A stretch of DNA of 64,000 nucleotides from an uncultured Acidobacteriota bacterium (GTDB lineage: Bacteria; Acidobacteriota; Vicinamibacteria; Fen-336): assembly GCA_902826455.1 (NCBI GenBank), contig CADEEV010000006.1, forward strand, positions 44,013-108,012. The letters are read 5' to 3'. A program made the translations under genes and the position numbers. The notes beneath the pieces are model-generated. The model did not search any database. It saw only the letters and a list, made by a program, of their open reading frames with translations, and was not told the DNA's origin. Positions 1-9,264 of the stretch are shown piece after piece. The first letter of the stretch is position 1; each line of letters begins with the position of its first letter.

Positions 1-21
1 TCGGGATCGGCGGATCGCCCA

Positions 22-228
22 CTACGAGCCCCGCTTCTTCGGCACCTTGCCGCCCGCGCGGCGGGCCTCGGACAGTCCGATCGCGATCGCCTGCTTCCGG
101 CTCGTGACCTTCTTGCCCGAGCCGCCCGAGCGCAGCGTGCCCCGCTTCATCTCGTGCATCGCACGCTCGACCTTCTGGGCCGCCTTCTTTCCGTACCGCT
201 TCGCGCCCGCCTTCTTCTTCGTCGCCAT
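22..228 (-). CDS. Small basic protein, DUF6496-like (68 aa)
   Basis: MATKKKAGAKRYGKKAAQKVERAMHEMKRGTLRSGGSGKKVTSRKQAIAIGLSEAR. ATG at 228-226 lies inside the 22..495 ORF. The 'HE.KRG.LRSG.SGKKV.SRKQAIAIGLSEAR' pattern is recognised from this family. Confidence 0.8.
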   Translation of the reverse strand: MATKKKAGAKRYGKKAAQKVERAMHEMKRGTLRSGGSGKKVTSRKQAIAIGLSEARRAGGKVPKKRGS

Positions 229-316
229 GGAACCCTCCCGCATCTTCGAACGCTTCCGGGAGAAGCAAGGCGAATGCCAGGGTGTACACTCCTCGCCGAC
301 GCTGCAGGAGCTGGCC

Positions 317-1189
317 ATGCCCGAGCTCGAGCCGTTCGAGCCTGCCCCGGGGGTCCTCATCGGTCGCGCGTCTCTCGCGGGCCGCGTCGCGGGAGAGCTC
401 GCACGGCTCCGTCGCAGCGGCGGCTTCCTCTCGCTCGCCATGCTCGGGCCGGCGCGCTGCATCGTCGGGATCCCTCCCGGCGCCGCCCAGGACATCGCCG
501 ATCAGCTCCGCTCGCGGGTCCGCCTCCACGACGTCGTCGTGGTCCTCGAGGAGACGGTCGCGATCGTGATGCCCCAGACCACGGCCCGCGAAGCGCGGCG
601 TGCCAGCGAGAGACTGATGGCGATCTGCTCGACCGACGTCCGGCTGGCCCTGCTCGGGCTGGCGGCCGGCACGGCTACGGTGTTCCGGGACGTGGAGGGC
701 GGCACCCAGGCCCTGATCGCCGCCGCCGACGAGGCCTTCGACGCCGCGGCGCCCGGGGAGGCGGCGGGCAGCACGCACCTCCAGGGGCGTCCCTGGATCC
801 TCATCGTCGACGACGACGCCAAGCTCGCCGGGATCCTGGCCGAAGCCATCGAGGAGCGGGGCTGGGAGGCCCATCCCTGCGTCCACATCGAGGACGCCAT
901 GGCGCGCGTCGCGGAGCCCACCTACTCCGCGCTGTTCGTGGACCTCGTGCTGGCCCGGGGCACGGGCGGAGCGATCCTCCGCAAGGCGATCGCGGCGCAC
1001 CCGCGGCGTCCCGCGGCGCTCATGAGCGGCCACGACGCGAGCCACGCGGGCGTCATGGAGGCGCTGTCCCTCGGCACCGTCATGTTCGTGCCCAAGCCGA
1101 TCTCGGGAGAGGCCCTGGACGTGGCGCTCGCCCTGTTCCGGAGCCTGCTCCCGGGAGCGGCGCCGCGCCTCGACGGGCGCCGCCCATGA
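317..1189 (+). CDS. Degenerate GGDEF-like domain plus C-terminal receiver (REC) domain protein
   Basis: ATG 317 follows GGAG at 307-310. The N-terminal half resembles the GGDEF fold (ELARLRRSGGFLSLAML...RLHDVV...AIVMPQT...RASERL) but has no GGDEF motif. C-terminal REC motifs are ILIVDDD, LFVDLVL and FVPKP. Confidence 0.7.
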   Translation: MPELEPFEPAPGVLIGRASLAGRVAGELARLRRSGGFLSLAMLGPARCIVGIPPGAAQDIADQLRSRVRLHDVVVVLEETVAIVMPQTTAREARRASERLMAICSTDVRLALLGLAAGTATVFRDVEGGTQALIAAADEAFDAAAPGEAAGSTHLQGRPWILIVDDDAKLAGILAEAIEERGWEAHPCVHIEDAMARVAEPTYSALFVDLVLARGTGGAILRKAIAAHPRRPAALMSGHDASHAGVMEALSLGTVMFVPKPISGEALDVALALFRSLLPGAAPRLDGRRP

Positions 1190-1292
1190 GGAGCGCACAC
1201 CGCCGTTCGCCGGGCCTTCCCCACCACTCGCCGAGAACCACGCAACGTCCCGAGCCCCGCCGCGTCCTTCCCCGCGAGCGGAGGCCACGAGC

Positions 1293-3461
1293 ATGCAGAG
1301 TCCAGGACGATGGATGCGGGCGGCGCTCGTCGTCGTCGCGGGCGGCGCCGGGGCGGCCGCCGAGGAGGCGCCCTGGAGCCTGCCGCGGCTCGAGGGCCGC
1401 ATCGCACTCGACGGCCGCGCCGACGAGCCGGCGTGGCAAGGGGTGGCGCCCCTGCCCCTCGTGCGCTACGCGCCGACCTACGGTGGAACGCCCGAGCAGC
1501 GCTCCGACATCCGCATGGCCTACGACGACGAAGCGCTGTACGTGGCCGCGCGCCTCGGCGACACGGATCCCTCGGACATCCGCGTCAACTCCCTCTACCG
1601 CGACCGTCCGAACGGCGACGACACGCTCACGCTGTGCGTCGACGCCTTCGACGACAACGCGAACGCCAAGTGCTTCGGCACGACGCCCGCCGGCATGCGC
1701 TTCGACTGGCTGCTCTCCGAGGACGGCACCGCGCGCAACGACAGCTGGGACGCCTACTGGGACGCGAGCGCCGCGCTCTCGCCCGACGGCTGGAGCGTCG
1801 AGGTGCGGATCCCGTTCTCAACCCTCGGCTTCCAGGCCGACCGGGGCCGGGCGGTCATGGGCCTCATGGTGAGCCGCCTGGTCTCGCGCAGCGGCGAGCG
1901 CGTCGTCTTCCCCGACATCGAGGCGCGCTTCGACTTCACGGCACCCTCGCGCGCCCGCGACGTCGTGCTCGACGGCGTCCGGAGCCGCACGCCCATCCAC
2001 CTGACACCGTACGCGCTCGCGGGGCTGACGCGCCGCGGCGGGGCCGGCACGGACTTCACCCACGACGTCGGCGGGGACCTGCAGTACGCGCTGTCCCCGA
2101 CGCTCACCCTCGACCTGACGGCCAACACCGACTTCGCGCAGGTCGAGGCCGACGAGGAGCAGGTGGCCCTCGACCGCTTCCCGCTGTTCTTCCCCGAGAA
2201 GCGCCGCTTCTTCCAGGAGAGCAGCGGCCTGTTCGACTTCGCCACCTCGGGCGGCGGCCAGCTGTTCCATTCGCGCCAGATCGGGCTCACGGAGGACCGC
2301 CGGCCCGTGCCCGTGCTGGGCGGCGCGCGCCTCGTGGGACGCGCCGGCGCCTGGGAGCTGGGCGTGCTCGACATGCAGACGGACGACCTCGGCCAGGCGC
2401 CGTCCGAGAACTTCGGCGTCGTACGCCTGCGCCACGGCGTCTTCAATCCCCACTCGTTCGTGGGCCTGCTGGCCACGAGCCGCGTCGGCGGCGGCCGCCA
2501 CAACGTCGCCGCGGGAGTCGACGGCATCTTCCGCGTGCAGGGCGACGACTACCTGTCGTTGAAATGGGCCGCCACGTTCGACGACGCGGACGACACGGCG
2601 ACCACGCCCGCGCAACGCAGCCTGTTCAATGCCAAGTGGCAGCGCCGCACCGAGCGGGGCCTCGCCTACACCGTCGAGGCGCTGCGGGTGGGCGCCAACT
2701 TCCGGCCGGAGACGGGCTTCCTGCCCCGCTCGGACGTGACGACCGCCAACGCCGTCGGCAACTGGTTCCTCTTCACGGACAAGAGCCGGACCTTCCGCCG
2801 CGTGTTCCCCGGCGCGCTGGCCTTCCAGACCTTCCGTAACGCCGACGGCGCCCTCGAGAGCGGCACCTGGGCCGCCTGGCTGCAGTGGGAGACGAAGGCC
2901 GGCGGCGGGGGCTGGATCGAGCCCAAGGTCTTCCACGAGAACGTGGGCGACGCGTTCGGCGTCGGCGCGACCACGATCCCCGCGGGCCGCTACACCTTCG
3001 CCGACCTCCAGCTCGTGTACTCCATGCCGCAGGGCGCGCGGCTGCGCACCGACGTGAACGCCCGCGCCGGCACGTTCTTCGACGGCACGCGCGTCCAGGC
3101 CGTCGTCACGCCGACCTGGAACGTGTCGCGCCATCTCGAGCTGGGCGGGAGCTACCAGCTCACGCGGCTGCGCTTCCGCGACCGCGGCGAGCGCGACGAC
3201 ATCCACCTGGTCGGGCTGCAGGTCCGGGCGGCCATCGACGCGAAGGCCTCGGCCAACGCCTTCGTGCAGTGGAACTCGACGACGCAGCAGCTGAACGCTA
3301 ACATCCGGCTCCGGTACAACTTTGCCGAGGGCACCGATGTCTGGCTCGTGTACGACGAGGGCCTGTTGACCGAGCGCACCCTCGAGCCGGGCGCTCCCCC
3401 GCTGCCGCTCTCGTACTCGCGCACCCTGCTGCTGAAGTGCACGTACACCTTCAACCGATGA
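1293..3461 (+). CDS. CBM9-like / DUF5916-type exported or outer-membrane protein
   Basis: Signal-like N-terminus; IALDGRADEPAW, WSVEVRIPFSTL, NTDFAQVEAD and LFFPEKRRFFQE motifs; beta-strand-rich C-terminus ending in YTFNR. Confidence 0.75.
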   Translation: MQSPGRWMRAALVVVAGGAGAAAEEAPWSLPRLEGRIALDGRADEPAWQGVAPLPLVRYAPTYGGTPEQRSDIRMAYDDEALYVAARLGDTDPSDIRVNSLYRDRPNGDDTLTLCVDAFDDNANAKCFGTTPAGMRFDWLLSEDGTARNDSWDAYWDASAALSPDGWSVEVRIPFSTLGFQADRGRAVMGLMVSRLVSRSGERVVFPDIEARFDFTAPSRARDVVLDGVRSRTPIHLTPYALAGLTRRGGAGTDFTHDVGGDLQYALSPTLTLDLTANTDFAQVEADEEQVALDRFPLFFPEKRRFFQESSGLFDFATSGGGQLFHSRQIGLTEDRRPVPVLGGARLVGRAGAWELGVLDMQTDDLGQAPSENFGVVRLRHGVFNPHSFVGLLATSRVGGGRHNVAAGVDGIFRVQGDDYLSLKWAATFDDADDTATTPAQRSLFNAKWQRRTERGLAYTVEALRVGANFRPETGFLPRSDVTTANAVGNWFLFTDKSRTFRRVFPGALAFQTFRNADGALESGTWAAWLQWETKAGGGGWIEPKVFHENVGDAFGVGATTIPAGRYTFADLQLVYSMPQGARLRTDVNARAGTFFDGTRVQAVVTPTWNVSRHLELGGSYQLTRLRFRDRGERDDIHLVGLQVRAAIDAKASANAFVQWNSTTQQLNANIRLRYNFAEGTDVWLVYDEGLLTERTLEPGAPPLPLSYSRTLLLKCTYTFNR

Positions 3462-4531
3462 CGGGCGTGAGCGCGCGCGTCGTCGCCGTGGTCGCTGCAT
3501 TCTGGACGGTCGTGGGGCTGCTCTCGGGGGCCCAGACCTCGCTGGCCGCGGCGCTCCAGGGCAAGGCGCAGCCGCTTGGCTCCGCCCTCGCGGACGCCCT
3601 CGCCCAGTTCCTCCCGTGCATTCCGGCGACGCTCGTGGCCGTGGCGCTGGCGAGCCGCGCGCCGCTCGGCCGCCTCGCCTGGCGCCGCAACCTCTGGCTG
3701 CACCTCGCCGCCGTTCCCGCCACGGCGTTCCTGACCAACTTCTTCGTGGTCGGGGTCTACTGGGCCCGCGCGGGCGAGTTCCATGGCCTCGGCACGCTGC
3801 TGCAGCAAGCGGGCCTGTGGGGTTTCGTGCGGCTGCAGGTCGCCGCGCTGTTCTACGCGGGGGCCGTGGCCGCGACGCTCGGCATCCAGTCCTTCCGCCA
3901 CCTGCGCAGCCGCGAGCTCGAGCTCGCACGGCTCGAGACGCAGTTCGTGCAGGCGCGCCTCCAGGTCCTGAACGCGCAGATCCGCCCGCACTTCCTCTTC
4001 AACACGCTGCACACGATCGGGCAGCTCTGGCGCTCGGGGCGCAGCGAGGACGCCGACGCCATGCTCGACCACCTCGGGGCGCTGTTCCAGAAGGTGATCG
4101 CGTCGACGGCGCGTACGGAGGTGCCGCTCTCCGAGGAGCTCGCGATGGTGGGCGACTACCTGGCGATCGAGCAGGCGCGCTTCGGGGAGCGGGTGCGCAG
4201 CCGGCTCACCGCGGACGACCGCGCCCTCGCCTGCCTCGTGCCGCCGCTCCTGCTCCAGCCGCTGGTGGAGAACGCCGTGAAGCACGGCCTCTCGCCTTCG
4301 GCCCGGGGCGGAACGGTCTGGGTCGAGGCGCGCGTCGAGGGCGACGTGCTGCGGCTTCAGGTGCGCGACGACGGCGCGGGCGGCAACGGCTCGTCGGGCA
4401 GCGGCACCGGCCTCAGCAACGTGCGCGAGCGGCTCGCCGGGCTGTACGGGGACCGCCAGAGCCTCGCCACGGCTCCCGTCGAGGGCGGTGGCACGGACGT
4501 GCGCATCGAGCTGCCGGCGCGCCGTGGCTGA
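3458..4531 (+). CDS. LytS/YehU-type membrane sensor histidine kinase
   Basis: ATGA overlap with the upstream stop (3458-3461); N-terminal TM helices; QIRPHFLFNTLHTI H-box, LQPLVENAVKHG, VRDDGAG and GTGLSNVRERL. Confidence 0.9.
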   Translation: MTGVSARVVAVVAAFWTVVGLLSGAQTSLAAALQGKAQPLGSALADALAQFLPCIPATLVAVALASRAPLGRLAWRRNLWLHLAAVPATAFLTNFFVVGVYWARAGEFHGLGTLLQQAGLWGFVRLQVAALFYAGAVAATLGIQSFRHLRSRELELARLETQFVQARLQVLNAQIRPHFLFNTLHTIGQLWRSGRSEDADAMLDHLGALFQKVIASTARTEVPLSEELAMVGDYLAIEQARFGERVRSRLTADDRALACLVPPLLLQPLVENAVKHGLSPSARGGTVWVEARVEGDVLRLQVRDDGAGGNGSSGSGTGLSNVRERLAGLYGDRQSLATAPVEGGGTDVRIELPARRG

Positions 4532-5339
4532 GCGCCGCTTCCGCGCCGTGGTGGCCGACGACGAAGCCGCGGCGCGCGCGGCCGTGATCACGCTGCTGCG
4601 CGACGCGCCGGCCGTCGAGGTCGTCGGAGAAGCCGCCTCGGGCGAGGACACCGTGGCGCTCGTGAAGCGGCTGCGGCCGGACCTGCTTTTCCTCGACGTG
4701 CAGATGCCGGGTGGCGATGGCTTCCGCGTGCTCGAGGCGCTGGGCGCCGAGGTGCCGCGCGGCGTCGTGTTCGTCACGGCCTTCGACGAGCACGCGGTGC
4801 GCGCCTTCGAGGTCCACGCCCTCGACTACGTCGTGAAGCCCTTCGGCCGGCCGCGCTTCGACGCGGCCGTGGCGCGGGCGGTGGCGCGGCTCCACGCCGA
4901 GGAAGCGCTGTCGCTGCGGCGGACCCTGGAGGCCCTCGTCGCCGGCCAACGCGCGCCCGAGAGCGGTGCGGGCACCCTCGGAGGGCGGCCGGCACAGACG
5001 CCGCGCCCCGAGAACCTCGCGGTGCGCGTGGGCTCGCGCACGCTGCTGGTGCCCGTCGCGGACGTCGAGTGGATCGAGTCCGACGGCGACTACGCGCGCA
5101 TCCACGCCGGCGGCCGGATGCACCTGGTGTCGGCGCGCCTCCAGGCCCTGGAGGAGCTGCTCGACCCGCAGCGCTTCCTGCGCGTGCACCGCTGCGTGAT
5201 CGTGAGCCTCTCCCGCGTCGGCGAGCTGCAGCGCGATCCCGACGGCGGCGGCACCCTGGTGCTGCGGGGCGGCGTGCGGCTGCGCGTCGCGCGCGGACGC
5301 TGGGAGGCGCTGGAGCGCGCCCTGGCGCTCGGCGGCTAG
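4524..5339 (+). CDS. LytTR-family response regulator
   Basis: GTG 4524 overlaps the kinase end. REC motifs VVADDE, LFLDVQMP, FVTAFDEHA and YVVKP; LytTR motifs WIESDGDYARIH and FLRVHR. Confidence 0.9.
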   Translation: MAERRFRAVVADDEAAARAAVITLLRDAPAVEVVGEAASGEDTVALVKRLRPDLLFLDVQMPGGDGFRVLEALGAEVPRGVVFVTAFDEHAVRAFEVHALDYVVKPFGRPRFDAAVARAVARLHAEEALSLRRTLEALVAGQRAPESGAGTLGGRPAQTPRPENLAVRVGSRTLLVPVADVEWIESDGDYARIHAGGRMHLVSARLQALEELLDPQRFLRVHRCVIVSLSRVGELQRDPDGGGTLVLRGGVRLRVARGRWEALERALALGG

Positions 5340-5818
5340 CCGCGCTGGTAGTCGGCCCGGGCCCGGAGCGCCAGGGGCAGGCCGATGCAGACGATGAGGA
5401 TGCCCGCCGCGGTCGCCGCGCGCGCGAGATCGAAGGGCGCCTTGGGCGGCCCGATGCGGCTCAGCGGCACGACCACGCGGTTCATCACGGCCCAGACCAG
5501 CAGGCCGTAACCCACGGCGACCGCGAACGGGTTCTTCCGGAGCAGCCCGACGTGGGGGTACGCGAGGTAGAACAGCGTCGTCCACGTGTACGCGATCAGG
5601 TAGTGCAGCAGCAGGCCCGCCGCGGCGAACAGTCCGCCCTGGCCCATGACGCCGGCGCCGAACACGGCGCTCGCGATGTACTCGAGGATGCGCACCGGGT
5701 TCGAGCCGCCCGAGAGCATGTACTGGGCGCTGGCCGCGCTGATGTCGAGGGTGCCGGCGATGAGGCCCGTGAGGCCGATCGCGGCCGGGACGTTCAGCGG
5801 CTTGGACGGCGTCGCCAT
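5336..5818 (-). CDS. Small multi-pass membrane protein, uncharacterised
   Basis: C-terminal part of ORF 5336..6742 (MATPSKPLNVPAAIGLTGLIAGTLDI...GLLLHYLIAY...YGLLVWAVMN), with about four hydrophobic helices. An alternative ATG is at 5833. Confidence 0.75.
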   Translation of the reverse strand: MATPSKPLNVPAAIGLTGLIAGTLDISAASAQYMLSGGSNPVRILEYIASAVFGAGVMGQGGLFAAAGLLLHYLIAYTWTTLFYLAYPHVGLLRKNPFAVAVGYGLLVWAVMNRVVVPLSRIGPPKAPFDLARAATAAGILIVCIGLPLALRARADYQRG

Positions 5819-5915
5819 GAGTGATGCCGCCATTGTCCACGAGGACCCGCCGCGCGCAACGGCCCGCGGCGGCCTTTGTTTGCTACTCTCTGGCCTTCCG
5901 GAGGAGCACGACCTC

Positions 5916-7187
5916 ATGACCAGCCGACGCCGCTTCGTTGGAGGAATGGCCGGACTGCTGGGCGCCGTGGCCGCGCGCCCGGGCGAGGGCGCCGCTCCCG
6001 ACCCCTGCGACGTGCCGGCCCCGATCGGTGCGCTGCAGCCGCTGCCGGGCGAGGCCGTGCCGATCGCCGCCGCCGAGCGCGAGCGGCGCATCGAGAAGGC
6101 GCGGCGGCTCATGGCCGAGCACAAGCTCGACGCGATCCTGCTGGAGCCCGGCTCGAGCCTGTCGTACTTCTTCGGCGCGGCCTGGGGCCTGTCCGAGCGG
6201 CCCTTCCTGGGCCTGCTGCCGGCCCGCGGCCAGGCCGCCTTCGTGTGCCCCGGCTTCGAGGAGGGCCGGGCCCGGGAGCAGGTCGGCGCCGGCACGGACC
6301 TGCGCGTGTGGCAGGAGGACGAGAGCCCGTACGCCCTGCTCGCCGGCATCCTGCGCGACCGCGGCCTCGCGAACGGCCGCATCGGCATCGAGGAGCAGCT
6401 GCGCTTCTTCGTGTTCGACGGCGTGCGCGGCGCCCAGCCACAGGCGACGCTCACGAGCGCGACCACGGTGGTGGGCGGCTGCCGGCGCCTCAAGTCGGCG
6501 GCCGAGCTGGCGCTGATGCAGCGCGCCAACGACGTCGCGCTCGCCGCCTTGCGCGCCGCCTTCGGCACCTTGAGCGCCGGCATGAGCCAGAGCGAGCTCT
6601 CGCGCAACGTCATGTCCGCCGTGACACGGCTGGGCGGCGGCGACGCCTTCGCCCTCGCGGCGTTCGGCCCGGCCACGGCGTTCCCCCACGGCACCGTGAA
6701 ACCCCAGAGCCTGCGCGAGGGGGACGTGGTGCTGATCGACATGGGCTGCGACGTCGCGGGCTACCAGGCCGACATCACGCGGACCACGGTCTTCGGCAAG
6801 CCCACGCCGCGCCAGACGGAGATCTGGAACCTGGAGCGGCGCGCCCAGGACGCGGCCTTCGCCGCGGCGCGCGTGGGGGCGAGCTGTGAGTCGGTGGACG
6901 CCGCCGCGCGGCGCGTGATCACGGACGCGGGCTTCGGGCCGGACTACAAGCGGCCCGGGCTTCCCCACCGCACGGGCCACGGCATCGGCATGGACGGCCA
7001 CGAGGCGCCGAACTTCGTGCGCGGCGAGAAGACGCCGCTCGAGCCCGGCATGTGCTTCAGCGACGAGCCCACGATCGTGATCGACGGCGAGTTCGGGATC
7101 CGCCTCGAGGACTGCCTGTACATCACCGAGAACGGGCCGCGCTTCTTCACGCCGCAGAGCCCGGCCATCGACCGGCCGTTCGCCTGA
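5916..7187 (+). CDS. M24 family Xaa-Pro peptidase with Tat signal
   Basis: ATG 5916 after GAGGAG; SRRRFVGG twin-arginine motif; metal ligands in DMGC...ADITRT, HRTGHGIG, DEP and IRLED. Confidence 0.9.
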   Translation: MTSRRRFVGGMAGLLGAVAARPGEGAAPDPCDVPAPIGALQPLPGEAVPIAAAERERRIEKARRLMAEHKLDAILLEPGSSLSYFFGAAWGLSERPFLGLLPARGQAAFVCPGFEEGRAREQVGAGTDLRVWQEDESPYALLAGILRDRGLANGRIGIEEQLRFFVFDGVRGAQPQATLTSATTVVGGCRRLKSAAELALMQRANDVALAALRAAFGTLSAGMSQSELSRNVMSAVTRLGGGDAFALAAFGPATAFPHGTVKPQSLREGDVVLIDMGCDVAGYQADITRTTVFGKPTPRQTEIWNLERRAQDAAFAAARVGASCESVDAAARRVITDAGFGPDYKRPGLPHRTGHGIGMDGHEAPNFVRGEKTPLEPGMCFSDEPTIVIDGEFGIRLEDCLYITENGPRFFTPQSPAIDRPFA

Positions 7188-7189
7188 GC

Positions 7190-8248
7190 ATGTCCCTCGC
7201 CCTCGGCGCCTTCCTGCTGCTGGCGGCGGCCGGCGACATGACCGGCGCCGCCGTCCAGGCCGACGTCGTCGTGCGCGACTTCCGCTTCCACACCGGCGAA
7301 GCGCTGCCCGAGCTGCGGCTCCACTACGCCGCCTGGGGCACGCCGCGGCGCGACGCCGCCGGCCGCGTGACGAACGCGGTGCTGCTGCTCCACGGCACGC
7401 TGGGACGCGGCGTCGACTGGGGGCTGGCTCCGACGGACGAGGCGGCCACGCATCCCCTGCTGGGCCCCGGCGCTCCCCTCGACGTCGAGCGGTACTACGT
7501 CATCGCACCGGACACGATCGGCTCGGGCGGCTCGTCGAAGCCGAGCGACGCCCTGCGCCAGCGCTTTCCCCACTACGACCTCGCGGACGTCGTGGCCGCC
7601 GAGCGACACCTCCTCGAGAGCCTGGGCGTCGGTCACGTCGTCGCGATCGTCGGCAGCTCGATGGGCGGACGGCAAGCCTGGCAGTGGGCGATCCAGTACC
7701 CCGGCTTCATGGACGGGATCGTGCCGCTCGTGGCGTCGCCGTTCCCGAACGTCGGCCGGCGCGGCGCGATCGACGTGGTGCCCGCGGCGATCGTGCGCCG
7801 CGACCCGGAGTGGCGCGGCGGCGACTACGCGGCGAACCCCGGCAGCGTGCGTCTCGCCTTCCGGCTGTACCAGATGTTCATGAGCACGGCCGAGCGCCTC
7901 GACCAGACGCTGCCGACGCGCGAGGCCGCGCGCGCCGCGTTCGACGACCCGAAGCTGGCCGTGCCCGACGCCAACGACTTCCTCTACCAGCTCGACCTCA
8001 ACGAGGGCTTCGACGCCTGGGCGGCAATCGACCGCGTGGGGTGCCGCGTCCTCATGATCAACGGCGAGCGCGATCCCATGGTGCCGAAGGAGCTGGGCCA
8101 CGCGCAGCGCGTCGTGGAGCGGCTTGCCCAGGCGACGTATCTCGAGATCGCCGAGAACGGCGCCCTCGGTCACGGCGCGGTGGGCCGCAGCCAGGCCTCG
8201 TGGGCCCCGAAGCTCGCCGCGTGGATGAAGGCGTTGCCGGCGCGCTAG
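7190..8248 (+). CDS. Alpha/beta hydrolase, homoserine O-acetyltransferase-like family, with signal peptide
   Basis: ATG 7190, 2 nt after the upstream stop. Motifs LRLHYAAWG, LLLHGTLG, GSSMGG nucleophile elbow, GERD and GHG; hydrophobic leader MSLALGAFLLLAAAG. Confidence 0.8.
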   Translation: MSLALGAFLLLAAAGDMTGAAVQADVVVRDFRFHTGEALPELRLHYAAWGTPRRDAAGRVTNAVLLLHGTLGRGVDWGLAPTDEAATHPLLGPGAPLDVERYYVIAPDTIGSGGSSKPSDALRQRFPHYDLADVVAAERHLLESLGVGHVVAIVGSSMGGRQAWQWAIQYPGFMDGIVPLVASPFPNVGRRGAIDVVPAAIVRRDPEWRGGDYAANPGSVRLAFRLYQMFMSTAERLDQTLPTREAARAAFDDPKLAVPDANDFLYQLDLNEGFDAWAAIDRVGCRVLMINGERDPMVPKELGHAQRVVERLAQATYLEIAENGALGHGAVGRSQASWAPKLAAWMKALPAR

Positions 8249-9264
8249 GAGCCGGCGTTGCCGGCGATCATGTATCCGCGCCGCACCCGCAGGTCGCCCT
8301 TGCCGTTCTTCAGCCGCACCTTGAGCTCGTGCCAGCCCGGGCGCGGCACGCCGTCGGGCGCGTAGCGAAGGACGTAGCGGCTCTTGAGGTCGGCCAGCAC
8401 GCGCTGGAACCCGCCCTCGATGTCGGCACTGCCGGCCTTGAACACCTGGCCCCCGGTCTCCGCGGCCACCAGCTCGAGGAACGTCGGCGGGCGCTCGTCG
8501 CTCGGCGCCTGGGCCTGGTCCAGGTCCGGAGCGCGCCCTCCGCTCGCGAGGAATCCGCTGCGGTCGTTGACGACCTGGTTGTTCATCTCGCGGCGCCGCG
8601 GCGCGTCGCGGAACGCGGCGATCTCCTGGGTGTCGACCGCGTACACGGTCGCATCGGACTCGCGGGCGATGCCGATCACCTTCTCGGCCGACAGCCAGCT
8701 CAGGCGGTCGTCGCCGTCGCTGAACACCACGACCACGGGCCGGCCCTGGCGAGGATCGGCCAGCTCGAGGGCCGCGTACACCGCGTCGTGGAGCGCCGTG
8801 CCGCCTTCGGCCCGGGCCTGGTCGACCGCGGCGAGGACGGCCGTGGGAGTCGCGCTCGCCTGGCGCAGGCTCACGCGCTGGTTGAACGTGAGCAGCGTCG
8901 CCTTGTCGTCGGGGCGCAAGCCCCCGAGGAACGTGCGGGCCGCCTGCTTGAGGCTCTGCAGCTTGGGACCGACGCTCGCGCTGCCGTCGAGGACCAGCAT
9001 CGCGTGGTTGGGCAGGCGGCGCCCGCCGGCGGCGTCCGGGGCCTGGGCGAGCTCCACGGCCTGCACGACGCCGTTGTCGCGCACCTCGAAGTCGGCGGCG
9101 GTCAGGCCCTGCAGGGGCTGGCCGTCGCGGCTCGCGAGCACGTCGACGTAGACGCTCTCGACGCTGGCGCCGAACACGGGCGGGGCCGGTGTCGCGGACG
9201 GCGTCTGGGCGAGCGCTGGAGCCGCGACGCCGAGGAGGACGGCCAGGATCGTCGCGGTTCTCAT
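8245..9264 (-). CDS. Exported VWA-domain protein, acidobacterial VWFA-related type
   Basis: Signal peptide; VYVDVLASRDGQP, MIDAS-type LVLDGSAS, GGTALHDA, VFSDGDD, AAETGG and YVLRY. Confidence 0.85.
   Translation of the reverse strand: MRTATILAVLLGVAAPALAQTPSATPAPPVFGASVESVYVDVLASRDGQPLQGLTAADFEVRDNGVVQAVELAQAPDAAGGRRLPNHAMLVLDGSASVGPKLQSLKQAARTFLGGLRPDDKATLLTFNQRVSLRQASATPTAVLAAVDQARAEGGTALHDAVYAALELADPRQGRPVVVVFSDGDDRLSWLSAEKVIGIARESDATVYAVDTQEIAAFRDAPRRREMNNQVVNDRSGFLASGGRAPDLDQAQAPSDERPPTFLELVAAETGGQVFKAGSADIEGGFQRVLADLKSRYVLRYAPDGVPRPGWHELKVRLKNGKGDLRVRRGYMIAGNAGS

Noticed and set aside
7190-8248. Calling this gene metX
   Set aside because: It has a probable signal peptide and lacks a methionine-pathway context, so only the fold family is supported.
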